Source: Raillietiella orientalis (taxonomy: Eukaryota). Taken from it: DNA of 64,000 bases. The DNA lies in assembly GCA_036172245.1 (NCBI GenBank), contig JAYWIR010000015.1:3472001-3536000 (forward strand), given 5' to 3'. The position numbers were made by a program, and so were the translations under genes. Below, in pieces: positions 53,301-64,000 of the stretch. The notes under the pieces were generated by a model. It saw only the letters and a program-made list of their open reading frames with translations, did no database searches and was not told the origin of the DNA. Within the stretch, counting starts at the first letter, position 1. Every line of letters begins with the position of its first letter.

Positions 53301-56300
53301 CCCTTTTCGGAAAGGGGAAGGAAGGGGGCAGGCTCGCGCAGAAGCGGCCTTCTCCCTCCCCTCTCCTTGGGCTTAGGGGAGGAGGAAAGAACAGGAATAC
53401 GCAGTCTCATTCCGGAGAGCCGCAAGAGAAAGAGAGAAGGGTGGGAGACTAGAAAGAAGCTCCCCCCACCGTGGCAGCAGAGGATGGGAAGACAAACTAC
53501 GAAAGGGTGGGTGCATCTGAGCACGCGGGCGCCTCTCTCGAGCCCGCTGTCCGGCTGCTTAGGAGGCGGTCTCAGGCGCCACCGCAACGACACCTGGTCG
53601 TCCCGTTAGGCAGGCGGGGAGATCGCTGACCGCCGGTGACATTCACCTCCGGCGGCCGTTCGGCTCTGCGTGCTCTCGGGCGTCAGCGACGGCGGCGGCT
53701 TCGCCGATCCTCCCTGCGGCGGGCACTGGCAGCGGCGTGGCGGAACGCCGCCTGCGGGGCGAGGCGCTTGCCTTGCTGCTTCGCCTGGAGGAGGAGGGCG
53801 CAGCTGTCTCTTCTGATCAGGCGCTTCCAGGAGCATGCGCTCTCTCCCCCTCCCTATCGGAAAAGAAGGAGAGGGGATGGAGGAGGACCGCGCCTCGGAG
53901 ATAAATTCCGCCTCGTCGATGCCCTCGGGCTGCCTGCTTGCCTAGGGGAGCGCTTCGAGGCAGCTGGGTGGGGAGAGCGACATCGCCTGCATGCTGCCTC
54001 AAATTTACCTCCCCATCGAGTTCCAGAAGGAGCCAAAGTCTCCTCCGCTGCCTTAGCTGCACCCCTGCCCGTTCCTCGCCGCCTCCGTGGTAACACCCCT
54101 TGCCTGAGGGTCGCTCCTGCTCTCCCTGGGAGTCTTCGATTTCTCGCCGAGTCGAGGGACAGGCGGCAACGTGAAGGACCTCCATTCTCATGGATGCCTC
54201 TCCCGGCACCAGCGCAATGGAACGAATGCTCTCTTCCTTATCCCCGCCCCCTGTTCCCCGGACCGAGATCCAAGGACTATCACGGTGCCTCGTAGCGTCG
54301 TGATTCTGCGCAGGGGGAGGGGAGCTAGTGGCTGACGCGGGTTCACCTCCGCTGGCCTGTTTTTGCAATAAGACGCCTGTTTCCTCGCTCGAAAGCGGAG
54401 CTTGCCGGTGGGAAGCTGCTTTGGACCGTGCACGCCCCTGCTCGAGGATCGTGCGTAGTCGGAACCATTCAAGAAATACCACCTCCGTCCTTCTCATTCC
54501 TTCTTGGCGAGGCTTACCTTCTCTTTGAGGGTCTTTGGGAGGCTTCGGGGTGCTCCGAGATTTCGCTACCCAGCCTGGTTCCCGACAAGGGCTCTCTCCG
54601 GCATCCCCGCAGCTCTGATGAGCAGCCAACCTAAACTTCCTCGAAGGAGCGCGCATCTTTATCGGTGCTCCCTTCTTCCCCTCTTCATTGCGTTCAGTGC
54701 GCCTCCGACGTCCGAGTAGATCAAAATTGCTGCAGAAGAAGCAGAGTCTGGGGCTTCTTTTCTTCTCCAAGAAATCCTCAATAACTGCTCCTTCCCATAC
54801 CTCCCGAAAACGTGCGGTGGTCGAATGAAGAGAATGGTACCTTCGCCGGCGTGCCTAGGGGGGAGGCACAAATGGTGGCACTCTCCCGCTTTGTCCAAGA
54901 GAACTCCTGTGCCTGAGAGGGAGGGAACGAAGGAGTCCCGTGGCTGGACGGCTCCAGCGTAGGAGGGGATGGGAGGGAAGCTATAGGATGAAATGCGGAC
55001 CCTTACTGCTACCAAGCAGCAGCAGCAATGCAGGATGCACGTCCTCTTGCTTGGAGGAGCCTAGCCGAGTAAAGTCGCGTCTCACAGGTGTACCATCGGC
55101 TCGCAGTGGATTCGTTTGGTCCAGAGGATCTCTCCAAAGGGAGTGGCTGCGCAGGTACGCGATCTCTGTGGCCAGGGCTTGCCGTGGCGGCGGCATCTCC
55201 TTCTTTCTGCTCTTCCCATTTCCCCCTTTCCCCTTTTTCGATCCCCTGCGGAATCATTCAAGGTCGCTGTTCTTGTTTCTTCTTCTCCTGCGGCGTGAAA
55301 AACCCTTCGGTCCCCAGGGACTCCATCTTCTGGGGAGCGAGGCTCGCCAAGGCACTACGTTCCCTTAGAACTTCTTCCTCCATTCCATTCCCTTCTCCGT
55401 CACCCAGCTGCTGAAGCGGCAGCTGTGCAGTCGAAGAACGACATGAAGCGAGGAAAGGGTGAAGATGCAGATCCAGCCCTCCTCGGAAGCAGTTAAGCCA
55501 CGAAAACCGGAAGGCGTCCCTACCGGACTGTCACTCCCTATCAAGAAGGGACTTACACTTCTTTTCGCGGCTCTGAGTTCGGGGAGCAGCGGTTTCCGAA
55601 AGATGGAATCTGGATCACCAGCTTGCGTTCCCGAGTTCGAATGGTGCCACGAAGCACCAGCAGGCATGAGAGGGTACTTTTTGTGGGACCGGCTAGCGAG
55701 CACTGAAGGCGGTCTTTTGGGATGCTAAAGGGATCACCGAAGAGGAGGAAACCTCGAAAAGGAAGGCCGTCTCGGTTCTGAGAGAGAAACGCTCGAAGAA
55801 CTTTGGCTCACAGCTTCGCGTGTTATGTGAGAAAGGTTGCAGTGTTGCCCGAGGGATTTCGAGAGGGTGCGCCACGCTGTTCCTGGAGTGGAGCCCCCGA
55901 AGTGGCGGATAACTCTTGACGGATGAAATGCGGACACCCGCGCCATTGTTTCCGTGCCACCTGTGGGCCCTCTGTATCAAGCTGGTGGGTGTGAACGGCA
56001 AGTGAAGGATAAGAGTGGATCTTTGCCTCCGGAGATTTTTTGACGAGGCTGCCAAGTCATCCATAAGGACGGGTTCCCAACGTGGACTGGTCCGCGGATG
56101 GAACCAACCGTGCATTAGCCACGCGCGGTTCCTCGCGTGCTCTGGAAGGAGACGGATAGGGACGCCCGTGTACTTCGGGAGGCAGGTCCATGGAAACCCC
56201 ACGTAGTCGGGTGTTAGGGAGCCTTTGCTCAAGAGGATGGGGTCTGGGACTTCTTTGGCTTGGATGCGGGAGGCGAATGACGCTCACTGTGAGAGGTGGG

Positions 56301-58129
56301 ACTCAGAGGAATGCGTGTTCTGTGCTGGTTCGCCATCTCAGCTTTCGACCGAATGCTCTACTGTCTCGTATGGGCGTCTCTGTCCACCATCCCTTTGACT
56401 GAGGGTGGTCTTGAGGTCCTAGAAGTCCTCACCATCACTCCTCTCTTCCCTCGAAGAGACTGCAAAGGAACCACAGAGCCTCAAGGCACCATCGTGCACG
56501 CAGCGGGCGCGCGGACGCCAGAGGAAGTGACTCCGGGAGGCGACCGGGAAGACCGGAAGCCCGTGAGAAGCGTCAACTTCCGACGCAGTGGAGGTTTCCG
56601 CACGCATCTCGATTACCCCCTTCCAGTGACCTATGCTGCCTTGGCGACCGTTAAGCTCCCCTCCAGCACCCCCTCCACCCTTCCCTCGCCTTGAAAATCA
56701 CCAGGGGAGGAAAACCACCGGGGCGCCTCCTGTGCTCTCGGGGAGGAGCGTGAGTGGAAGATGCGCGCGCGCGTCTTCCCCTCCAGGGAGAGCGAACCTG
56801 CTCACAGCCCTGCCTTCTGTGCTCCAGGTCTGCAACTGAACGACTTCATCAGTCACTTCGAGCCGCTCTTTTATGACGTCAACGAGCTCAAGTGGCAGCA
56901 GCTGAGGAACAAGAGGGACGCCTCCGGGACCATCCGTCTACAGTTCGTGGCGCACCAGAAGTGAGTGGAGCCCTCCCGGATAGCTCCTGCCACTGCTGCT
57001 CCCCCCCCCATATCTTGAGCGATGCGCAGCGTGATCTCGTTCACCTTCTCTGTCCCCTCTGCTTGCGGTCGTTCCGGATGCTGTCCTGTGGCTCTGCCAT
57101 CTGGACTCTCTTGACCTTGTCTAAGAGCAGCAACGATCCTCCTTCTGGCAACAAGAGAGACTCCCTGAAGCCTTCCTAGTCCTGGAAACAGGCGCGCATC
57201 CGCCGTTTTCTTCCTCCTCTAGAGAGCTTCCTTGCTTTCCGTGACCCGGGAAAGGTCACGCCGGAGTCCCCCCCCCTGGCCCCCTTGGGGAGGCACTGGG
57301 GTCTTCCTCTCTTCCGTTCCCTCAGCGCCCCGGCCGCCGTTCCGCGGCCACCGAGAGAGCACCTCTTCCTTCTCCTCCTCCCTGATCTTCCAGGCTGTTC
57401 CGCCTCCTCCTGCAGAGGGACAACTCCATCTTCACCAGGGACGCGGTCATCGAGAACCAGAAAGGCATCGTGAGCTTCCAGTTCACCTCTGTCCGGGGGA
57501 AGCTGGAAGGTAAGAACCTGCATCTCCCAGCCTCATGACTACCTGCACAGGGAGGGTGAAGGGAAACAAAGAGGCCTCGCCTCTCGCTCCTTCTTCCCTC
57601 CTACGAGCGCAGCCTCTCCTCCCGGGAGACTCTGACACAGCTGTTCTCTCCTTTCCAGACGAAGAGGACTCCTCCGTGCGAGGTCTCATCCTTCAGGACT
57701 GGCTCTTCGACGGCACTATCGCGACCAGGAACGGCATCTACCACGTCGAGCCCAGCTCCCGATACTTCTCCCGGGACCCCGGCTTCCACTCAGTCATCTA
57801 CCGTTCGGAGCACATTTCGGGCCCCTGGAAGAACCTCCCCTGGGACCCGCACGACCTCCTCCTCCCCGTAGACCCTCCCCCTTCCTTGAAGGAAGCGTCC
57901 AGACGGCAGCGGCGCCTTGCAGTAGCCGCTTCCCTCCCACGTGATTCCCGCCAACGCCGCTTCGCCCACAGGCGACGCTCCTCCGAGAAGAACGCCAGGG
58001 ACAAGACCACGTGCATGTTGTACCTGCAGGCCGACCACCTCTTCTACGAGAGGATGGGCAGCGAGGAGGCGTGCATCGAGTCCATGACGCGTCATGTGCA
58101 GAGGATCAACGACATCTACCGGACCACAG
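50277..58129 (+). CDS. ADAM10: ADAM10-family disintegrin metalloprotease (Kuzbanian-like/Kul type), 5' part only: join(50277..50331,56828..56960,57394..57509,57659..58129); continues past the window
   Basis: Four GT-AG-bounded exons splice into one open frame of 258 codons plus 1 nt (intron phases 1,2,1,1). They encode a signal peptide, a prodomain (LNDFISHFEPLFYD, FVAHQKLFRL, FDGTI, YHVEP, FHSVIY) and the start of the M12B domain KTTCMLYLQADHLFY..GSEEACIESMTRHVQRINDIYRT. That last segment resembles the arthropod Kul paralogue more than Kuz. Confidence 0.93.
52124..52173. repeat. Perfect 23-bp inverted repeat with a 4-nt spacer
   Basis: ATTCCTTGATCGGCACGCCCACG-TGAG-CGTGGGCGTGCCGATCAAGGAAT. 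Confidence 0.95.
52591..52644. repeat. 24/25-bp inverted repeat with a 4-nt spacer
   Basis: CTCGTCAGTGGAGAATA-A-GTATGTA-CATA-TACATAC-G-TATTCTCCACTGACGAG. Confidence 0.95.
56828..56960 (+). CDS. ADAM10: ADAM10-like exon 2 (prodomain)
   Basis: Pyrimidine-rich CAG acceptor; encodes GLQLNDFISHFEPLFYDVNELKWQQLRNKRDASGTIRLQFVAHQK; donor GTGAGT at 56961. Confidence 0.92.
57394..57509 (+). CDS. ADAM10: ADAM10-like exon 3 (prodomain)
   Basis: Acceptor TTCCAG; encodes LFRLLLQRDNSIFTRDAVIENQKGIVSFQFTSVRGKLE; donor GTAAGA at 57510. Confidence 0.92.
57659..58129 (+). CDS. ADAM10: ADAM10-like exon 4 (prodomain end, furin sites, start of metalloprotease domain)
   Basis: Acceptor TTTCCAG; encodes DEEDSSVRGLILQDWLFDGTI...KTTCMLYLQADH...IYRTT; donor GTGAGT at 58130. 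Confidence 0.94.
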
Positions 58130-61100
58130 GTGAGTGGCTGGCCGCGCACGCGTGTCGCGAGGAGGGAGGGAGGGCAGGAGGAGAATGCGAGAGAGGGAGC
58201 GAGGCGCATCACCCTCTCACCTTTTTCCGCCTTCCCCTCTCCCTCCTGTTTTTCCGGCAGCTCTCCCGGCTGGCGGATCCCACTGGTGTCTGGTGCGCAC
58301 TCCCTCCTGCGAGCTGTCCTAGGCGTTCTTTTTGCGGCGTCTCCCGGGGAAACGGGAAGCGAAAGACAAGGCCCTCCGCGCACGCCCGGGTCGCCCACTT
58401 GGCTGCTAGAAGGAACCATTCTAGAAGGAACCACTCTGGCCTATTTCCCTGAGAGAAAAGGAGAGGAGCTTTCTTGGAAGGGAAGGGAAGGGAGGAGCAG
58501 ACATCGCAGAGGTGTAGGAGCTTCCCGTAGGCTCGCTGCACGCCCGTCGTCCCCTTTTCATCGCAGTCCGCCGCTGCCGTGAGAAATTACGACCTCTTCC
58601 GGCCATGCTGATCCCTCCCCCCTCTCGAAGGGAAGGCCGGCCTTCCCATACATGGAATGAGACGGAACAAGGGAGCACCGTGGGCTCCACATCCGGCGTT
58701 CTCTTCGGATGGGAGTAGTCCGCGGCTCGTTTCCGTGGTAGCCGCAGCTTCCTTGCCTCTGCCTGCGCCAGCAATGGTCCGGAAACGCTCAAGCGTTCCC
58801 TTCCAAGGCGGCACCGTCTGCACAGGGACAACAGGAAGGAGAGGTTTAAAGAGGCTCTATCGGCCACCCTCCTCAGCGGTCAGGAGAGCTCCCGGCCTTT
58901 GCCTCGAAGACGAAAGTCTCCTAAATGAGCCGCCTCCTGGCAGAAACGACCGCTGGATCTGCCGAGGAGGAGCGAGAACGACTCCCTCCCCTCCTTCTCC
59001 TCCTTCCCGCAGGTTGTCCGCCGCGAAAGCTCCCGTACTCCCGCTCTCGGTCTCCCTTCTAGACACCGGGAGCGGGGGAGGGGGAACTGGGGGAGGATCC
59101 ATCTCGCACGGAGGAGTTCGTTTGGAAAGTGTCAGAATCTCCCAGGAGCAGAGGCAGAGTCCGGAAGAGGGAGAGGGGAGTGGACAGGCGTGGTCGCTTT
59201 GTTTTCCTGACCGCCCTCCGCCTGGGGCAGAAAAAGGAATAGCGCCAAATTCCTGCCTCCTGAGCGTTGGTGCTCCCCGAGTGCGTCTCCGTCCTGGAAA
59301 GGAAGGAAGGGTAGGAAGGGGAGAGAAAATGCCTTCAAGAAAACGAAGGATCCTAGCAGCAGCAGCTGCTACTGCGAGTGGCTTGGCAGCTCGTTTTTTT
59401 TTCGCTAAAACCCTTGGCAACGAGAGGCGATGCAGGCGATGAGACCTCTGCCCCTCCCGACAGCCGTGTAGCGCGGACCTGAGAGCGGAAACATCACGTA
59501 ACGCGCCTCGGGCCGCAGAGCCCTCTTTTCCCTTTCACGGAGGGAGCTTTATGGCAGCCGCGAGGGTTCGAGAAGTCTTCCGAAGGGAAAGAGGGGGCGG
59601 AGAAGGGGGAGGGAAGCGAAAAAAAGAAAAGTAAGGAGAGGAAAAGTGAACGAGTGAAGGCAGATCCGAAGCCCTCGCTCTCCATGTGGAGCTCGGACCC
59701 GTGGAGAGACAGAAAAAATGAGCAGAGAAAAAGGAACCAATCACGACGACCCCCACGACCCTCCTCCTACTTCCCACACTTCCTACACAACGTGTTTGCC
59801 TCCCGTAGCCTTTTCCGCCGGTACAGATCACTCCAGTTGGAGCAAAGGATTCGGGAAAACAGCTCTGTCCGCATCCAGAAAAGAAAAAAACCTCCCTGTT
59901 ACCTTGGTTACGTGGATTGCAAAATCATAATTTATTCTTCCTGCATTTATTTTCATCTCTTGTTCGGTTTCCTTGGAACGGCGGCGGTTTCGAACGCCCA
60001 ATCACGACTTCCGAGTCTCTCAAGGAGTGCCTCAGCTGGCGATCTCGTGGCGACCGCAGAGGCGGCACTCTCGTCGTTCTCGTTCTCCTTGAAGAAAGCT
60101 TAGAATTCCTTTCGTAGAGTTCCGGAAGGGCGACGGGCCGCCGCGAGACTTCCGTGAAGAAGAGGCGCGTCGCCCGTGCGCACCTGCGGGCAGCCGCCAG
60201 CCACCCCCGGAAGGGTCCATCCTTCCGTCTGTCAAGTCCCCCGCTTCCGGCAGCGACCAGGCAGCAGGTTCCTTCGGTGGTGCCTCGCTTTCTTTCCGCC
60301 CCCGTTCCTTTCTATCCTCCGCCCCGGGTGTGGGTGGATAGACCTTCTCGGACTTGTACTGCTGGGCCGCGACATCCAGCGCCAGGGAGTAAACCCGCGT
60401 TCGTTCCCGAGGAAGGGGGGATGCATGGCAGCCTACAGCAGCCGGAAAAGAGACATCCCTTTCCGATGGTTCTAACTGCCTACGTTGCTTTCCTCAGGAA
60501 GAGTCTTGTCCGGGCTCTTTGAGGACCACCGTGGGGGCAGGAGAGCCATCTTCGGTCTTGCCTTCAGGGAGGAGGTGTCTTCCTGAGGAACCACCTCTTG
60601 GCGAACGCAACCGATGAAGCCACCAAGGTTTCACTGTCCCAGGTGGCACATGAATTGGCTCCCAGATGCTTCCTGGAAATTACCCTCCCCACAGAGCAAG
60701 CTCTCATCTCTTTCCGGTTTCTCCTACCGGTTCCCTTGCCTCCCGCCTTTCTGCTGCACCTCTACAGCGCCAGGGTTGTCCTCATTGCCATCACTCTGCC
60801 TCAGTCTCCTGCCTCTGGCCGTGGCCGACAGATTGCACCGTTGACTTTCCAGAGGGGGACCACAGAGAACATTTCTTCGCCGCCCCGATGCTTACGTCAG
60901 CCTCCTTCTGGAAGGCACGTCCGTCTGCCGAAAGCGCGAGCAGTTCGGATCGGATTTCCCCTTTTCTTCCACCACCCGGTTTTGCTGTGGACTGTTGCTC
61001 TTGCTGCAGCAGAGGACCATCTCGGCTACGAGAAGGGCTGCCCATCGTCACGCGAGCTGAGGTGGCGGCGCGGAGCGGCAAGCCAAGCATGAGATGGGCT

Positions 61101-64000
61101 GCAGGGGTCGCGAACGCGCTTTTGGTCTCCCCCTACGGATACACTGACGCCAGCGAGGCACAAGCCGTGGGCGTGTGCCCGCGAACCGGACGTACAGGGA
61201 CTGAACGTCCAAGACCCGGAACACGCGGATGGACGCTATTCCCAGGGGAAGAGCGCCCGTCGTAGCCGAAAGCTCTTCTCTGCGGCTTATTGGTGGTGCA
61301 GAGCGGCGAGACGAGGCGGTCCGCGCGCGCGTCTGCCGTGGCCACTCTCCCCCTGACGGGTCGGGACTCGCTCGTGACCGAAGTAAGCGAGCTCCGCGGC
61401 GGTCCTCTCACACACCCTGGAGGCAAATAATGCTAGTGCCTTGGGCGTGTGGAGGGTGAAGGACAAAACGCTTCCCAAGTGTTGCGGTGCACAAAACCCT
61501 GGTGAAAACTGCACCTGAAGGTCCATTCTGGTTACCTGCACTTCCTCCGCGCTTGCCCAAGGGGGATACTGGAAAGAATGCTCACGAGCGAAGAAGTCGC
61601 TGCCAGTGACGGGGCTCCAGACTTTGCGGGGGAACATCCTCACGGTTCGCGAAGGGGACGGGGCTTACACGGGAGTTTGAAAGAAGGTCGCCGCTTCCTC
61701 GCCCTCAGTTCGGGGCATGGCGAACTCGGAGGCGCACATCTCCGTGAACCTTCCGGATCTTCTTTGGGAGGAGTCGGACTGCTTCTGAAGAGAGTCAGTT
61801 CCCCTGCACCTCGGGTTCCACGCGCCCCTTGAGGAAGGAAGCCTCGTCGAAGGAGGCGTGTCTGCTCCCTCCCCCTTCTTCTCGTCAGTGTTGTTGACCT
61901 GGATCTCCTTCACAAAGAGACCTTCACGACAGGGAAGACGCGATGGCATTTCCTGACACGAACGCGTTCTTGGAAATACCAGATTTCGTGACTTCTCGTG
62001 TGAACAGAAAGTCTCTGAAGATCTTCATAAACTCCTTGCTTCACTGCTGACAGTTCGGGGGATGCTTTGATGACCGCTACTAATTCTCAGATGGAACAAC
62101 TCCTTCTCACATTCTCACCTACGGGTTCCCTCTTGACCCACGCTCGCTCCCGCTATCCCTTTATTAGCAGGTGAGCTTGGATTTTCCCGCTGCTCCAGCT
62201 TCACTGCGAAATTGTCGGATGCCTGCATTTTGTCGCCTCACATCATTTCTTTTCCTTGGACACACTTCCATCCTCCGGGAAGGATTGCTTTCATCCGGGT
62301 GTACGTTTGCTTATCCAAGAAACGAGCCTTGTGAAGTCATTTCTTGATGAAAAAAAAAGCACATTTCCATCACGTATCTTCCGCAGCTTCCTGTTTCAGT
62401 TTCTTTTTTTTTTTTTTTTTGCGTGTGTGTCCCCGCTGGTATTTCGGAACCGCCAAGATCGACCTTGAAGGAGACGGAGCATGCTTTGTCGAATCCTTGG
62501 AGGAACTCGCTTTTGATCAAAACGGAGGGGGGAGGGCTCTCGTCTCTAAATTTCGGCCGTTTCTTCGTTCTTCACGCCTCATCAGCAGCCTGGATTGGCT
62601 TCCCACAGTCATGTCGTGTCAGCGGCTGTCTCGAGCCTCCTCGGTGTGTCAGAGTCATGAGTCTCGGTGCGGCTGGAAGATCCTGCCGACCATGCCCAGC
62701 TGGGATTTTTGAATCTTCTAAATCTTTCCGATTTACCTCCGCCTATCCCCTCCGGACCGTGTCGCGTCTCAGCTCCCCTCCCCCGTGCGCCATCCATGTA
62801 TGCGCTGGGCGTCTTCCTTTTCGACCGTCACGTCGACGTGATTTCGTTTGCCCTATGTCCAGTCGAGCTCTGCTCTTTGGTATACGATCGACCTTGCTGA
62901 CCTATACGGGAACCTGCATCGGTTGCAACCACAGGTGCTTCGTGTTACTTCTCGTTGCCGTTCCTTGAGGCCGTAAGTCTTCTCGTTTGCTTTGAGCACC
63001 GGGATCGAATGGAAACTTGAATGACGCTGTGCAGCGTTATCACTACGAAAGCGGTGGCATGTGGCGCTTAGGCAAACGGAAGGTGGGCACCCGTCCCATC
63101 TGGGACTGCGTCACAGGCTATGTCTGAGCTGTCATTCCGATGCCTGGGATGATGTGCCCTCCCTTTTCTCGGTCTGCATAGCGATCTCATCGTTGGTGAT
63201 GTCTCACCCCAACTAAGAATCTTCTTCGATGGCAGTCGATCCGTTCATCTGAAAACCTGATGAGTCTGGGGGGTTTATCACTTTCCCGAGAACGCGCTCC
63301 TGATAAATCACGTGACGGAGGTGGTGCGTATCTAGTACCAAATCATTCTCACTTGAAGATGCAGTCGTTGTGGGAAAAAACCCTCTAAGGCAAGCATCAA
63401 TTTTCTAATTATAAAACAAATGCTCGCATCATCTTGCCCCGGCGTTCAGCCGCGTCGAAATGCATGGCTTCCGTGAAACCTGGAATGGAAGAGTTTCAAG
63501 CTGCGCGTGGATGCAACACATCGGTTGTCGCCTCCACCAACTTGCAATCTTCATTCGAAGGGGAATGTCCGGGCAGAGGAATGATCTGAATCCGAGTTTC
63601 GTGGAAGAACATTCCAGCAGTGATGCTGGCGACGAAATTCCTTGCTTATCCGGAACCTGAGAAATTGAAGGATTTTCTTGAAAGTCAGAAATGGGGACTC
63701 GTGGACAGTAGTCCCCCAAACAGCGCTCCTTCCTCAGTGATTCGGTCGGTATGTGAGGAAGACAGTATGTGGTTTTCTCACGCCTGATGAAAAAAAAAAA
63801 AAAATGATTTTGTTCCAACGGAAGGGAACTGGAAACACAGTGAAAACTTCATGCAAAGATGGCAGCAGCACTCTCTTGCAACATGTGCATGGCATTTTGC
63901 TGCTGACACGAACACCTTTGAACCATTTTCCTACCGACCTCTAGAATTAGAATCGCAGTGCACAAATACTCCTTAGCTGTGCATCCTCTGCTTTCTCGTG

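Larger units (their letters stand above)
48400..61950. other. Large GC/CpG-rich domain spanning the promoter, exons 1-4 and introns of the ADAM10-like gene
   Basis: There is a visible, abrupt rise in GC and CpG density relative to 1-48 kb, with many overlapping Arg/Pro/Gly/Ala-rich spurious ORFs. Boundaries were estimated by eye. Confidence 0.75.

Noticed and set aside
48457..54770. Long ORFs of 275-380 aa (48457-49575, 49657-50799, 51327-52343, 52766-53593, 53817-54770)
   Set aside because: They are Arg/Pro/Gly/Ser-rich, overlap on both strands and have no recognisable domain. This is expected from stop-codon scarcity in GC-rich promoter and intron DNA.
58406..58436. Tandem duplication of CTAGAAGGAACCA
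   Set aside because: Only two units, consistent with ordinary slippage; not a CRISPR-like array.
57535..58452. 305-aa ORF as a single-exon gene
   Set aside because: Only 57659-58129 is ADAM10-like and bounded by splice sites; the rest is intronic read-through.
58130..64000. Further ADAM10-like exons (expected DF..DG..DNI.F.IKRI, HEXXH)
   Set aside because: I found no such motifs, so the gene presumably continues beyond the window.

Overview
This is eukaryotic, intron-containing genomic DNA, most likely from an arthropod. It is not prokaryotic, and I found no rRNA, intact tRNA or CRISPR array. About 1-48 kb is moderately AT-rich and filled with dead transposons. These include the 3' end of an L1/Tx1-type LINE, two diverged convergent copies of a second L1/Tx1-type family (3.1-7.0 kb + and 16.6-19.3 kb -), a Tc1/mariner transposase relic and several very decayed LINE RT scraps. 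There is also a 5'-truncated Utopia/NeSL-like retrotransposon with a restriction-like endonuclease (26.0-27.65 kb). About 48.4-62 kb is a sharply bounded GC/CpG-rich domain holding a promoter and the first four coding exons of an ADAM10-family metalloprotease (Kuzbanian-like type), which continues beyond the window. The most unusual structure is a composite insertion at 25.27-27.78 kb: the Utopia-like fragment is fused to a GC-rich module, and the whole unit lies between ~122-bp direct repeats. A free-standing copy of that module (34.70-35.59 kb) has a tRNA-like A/B-box head, repeated cUUCGg tetraloop motifs and 13-bp flanking direct repeats. Other points of note are two long hairpins in ADAM10 intron 1, a prodomain with no cysteine switch and a strong out-of-frame upstream ATG. 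All family assignments come from motif recognition by eye; no database searches were run.
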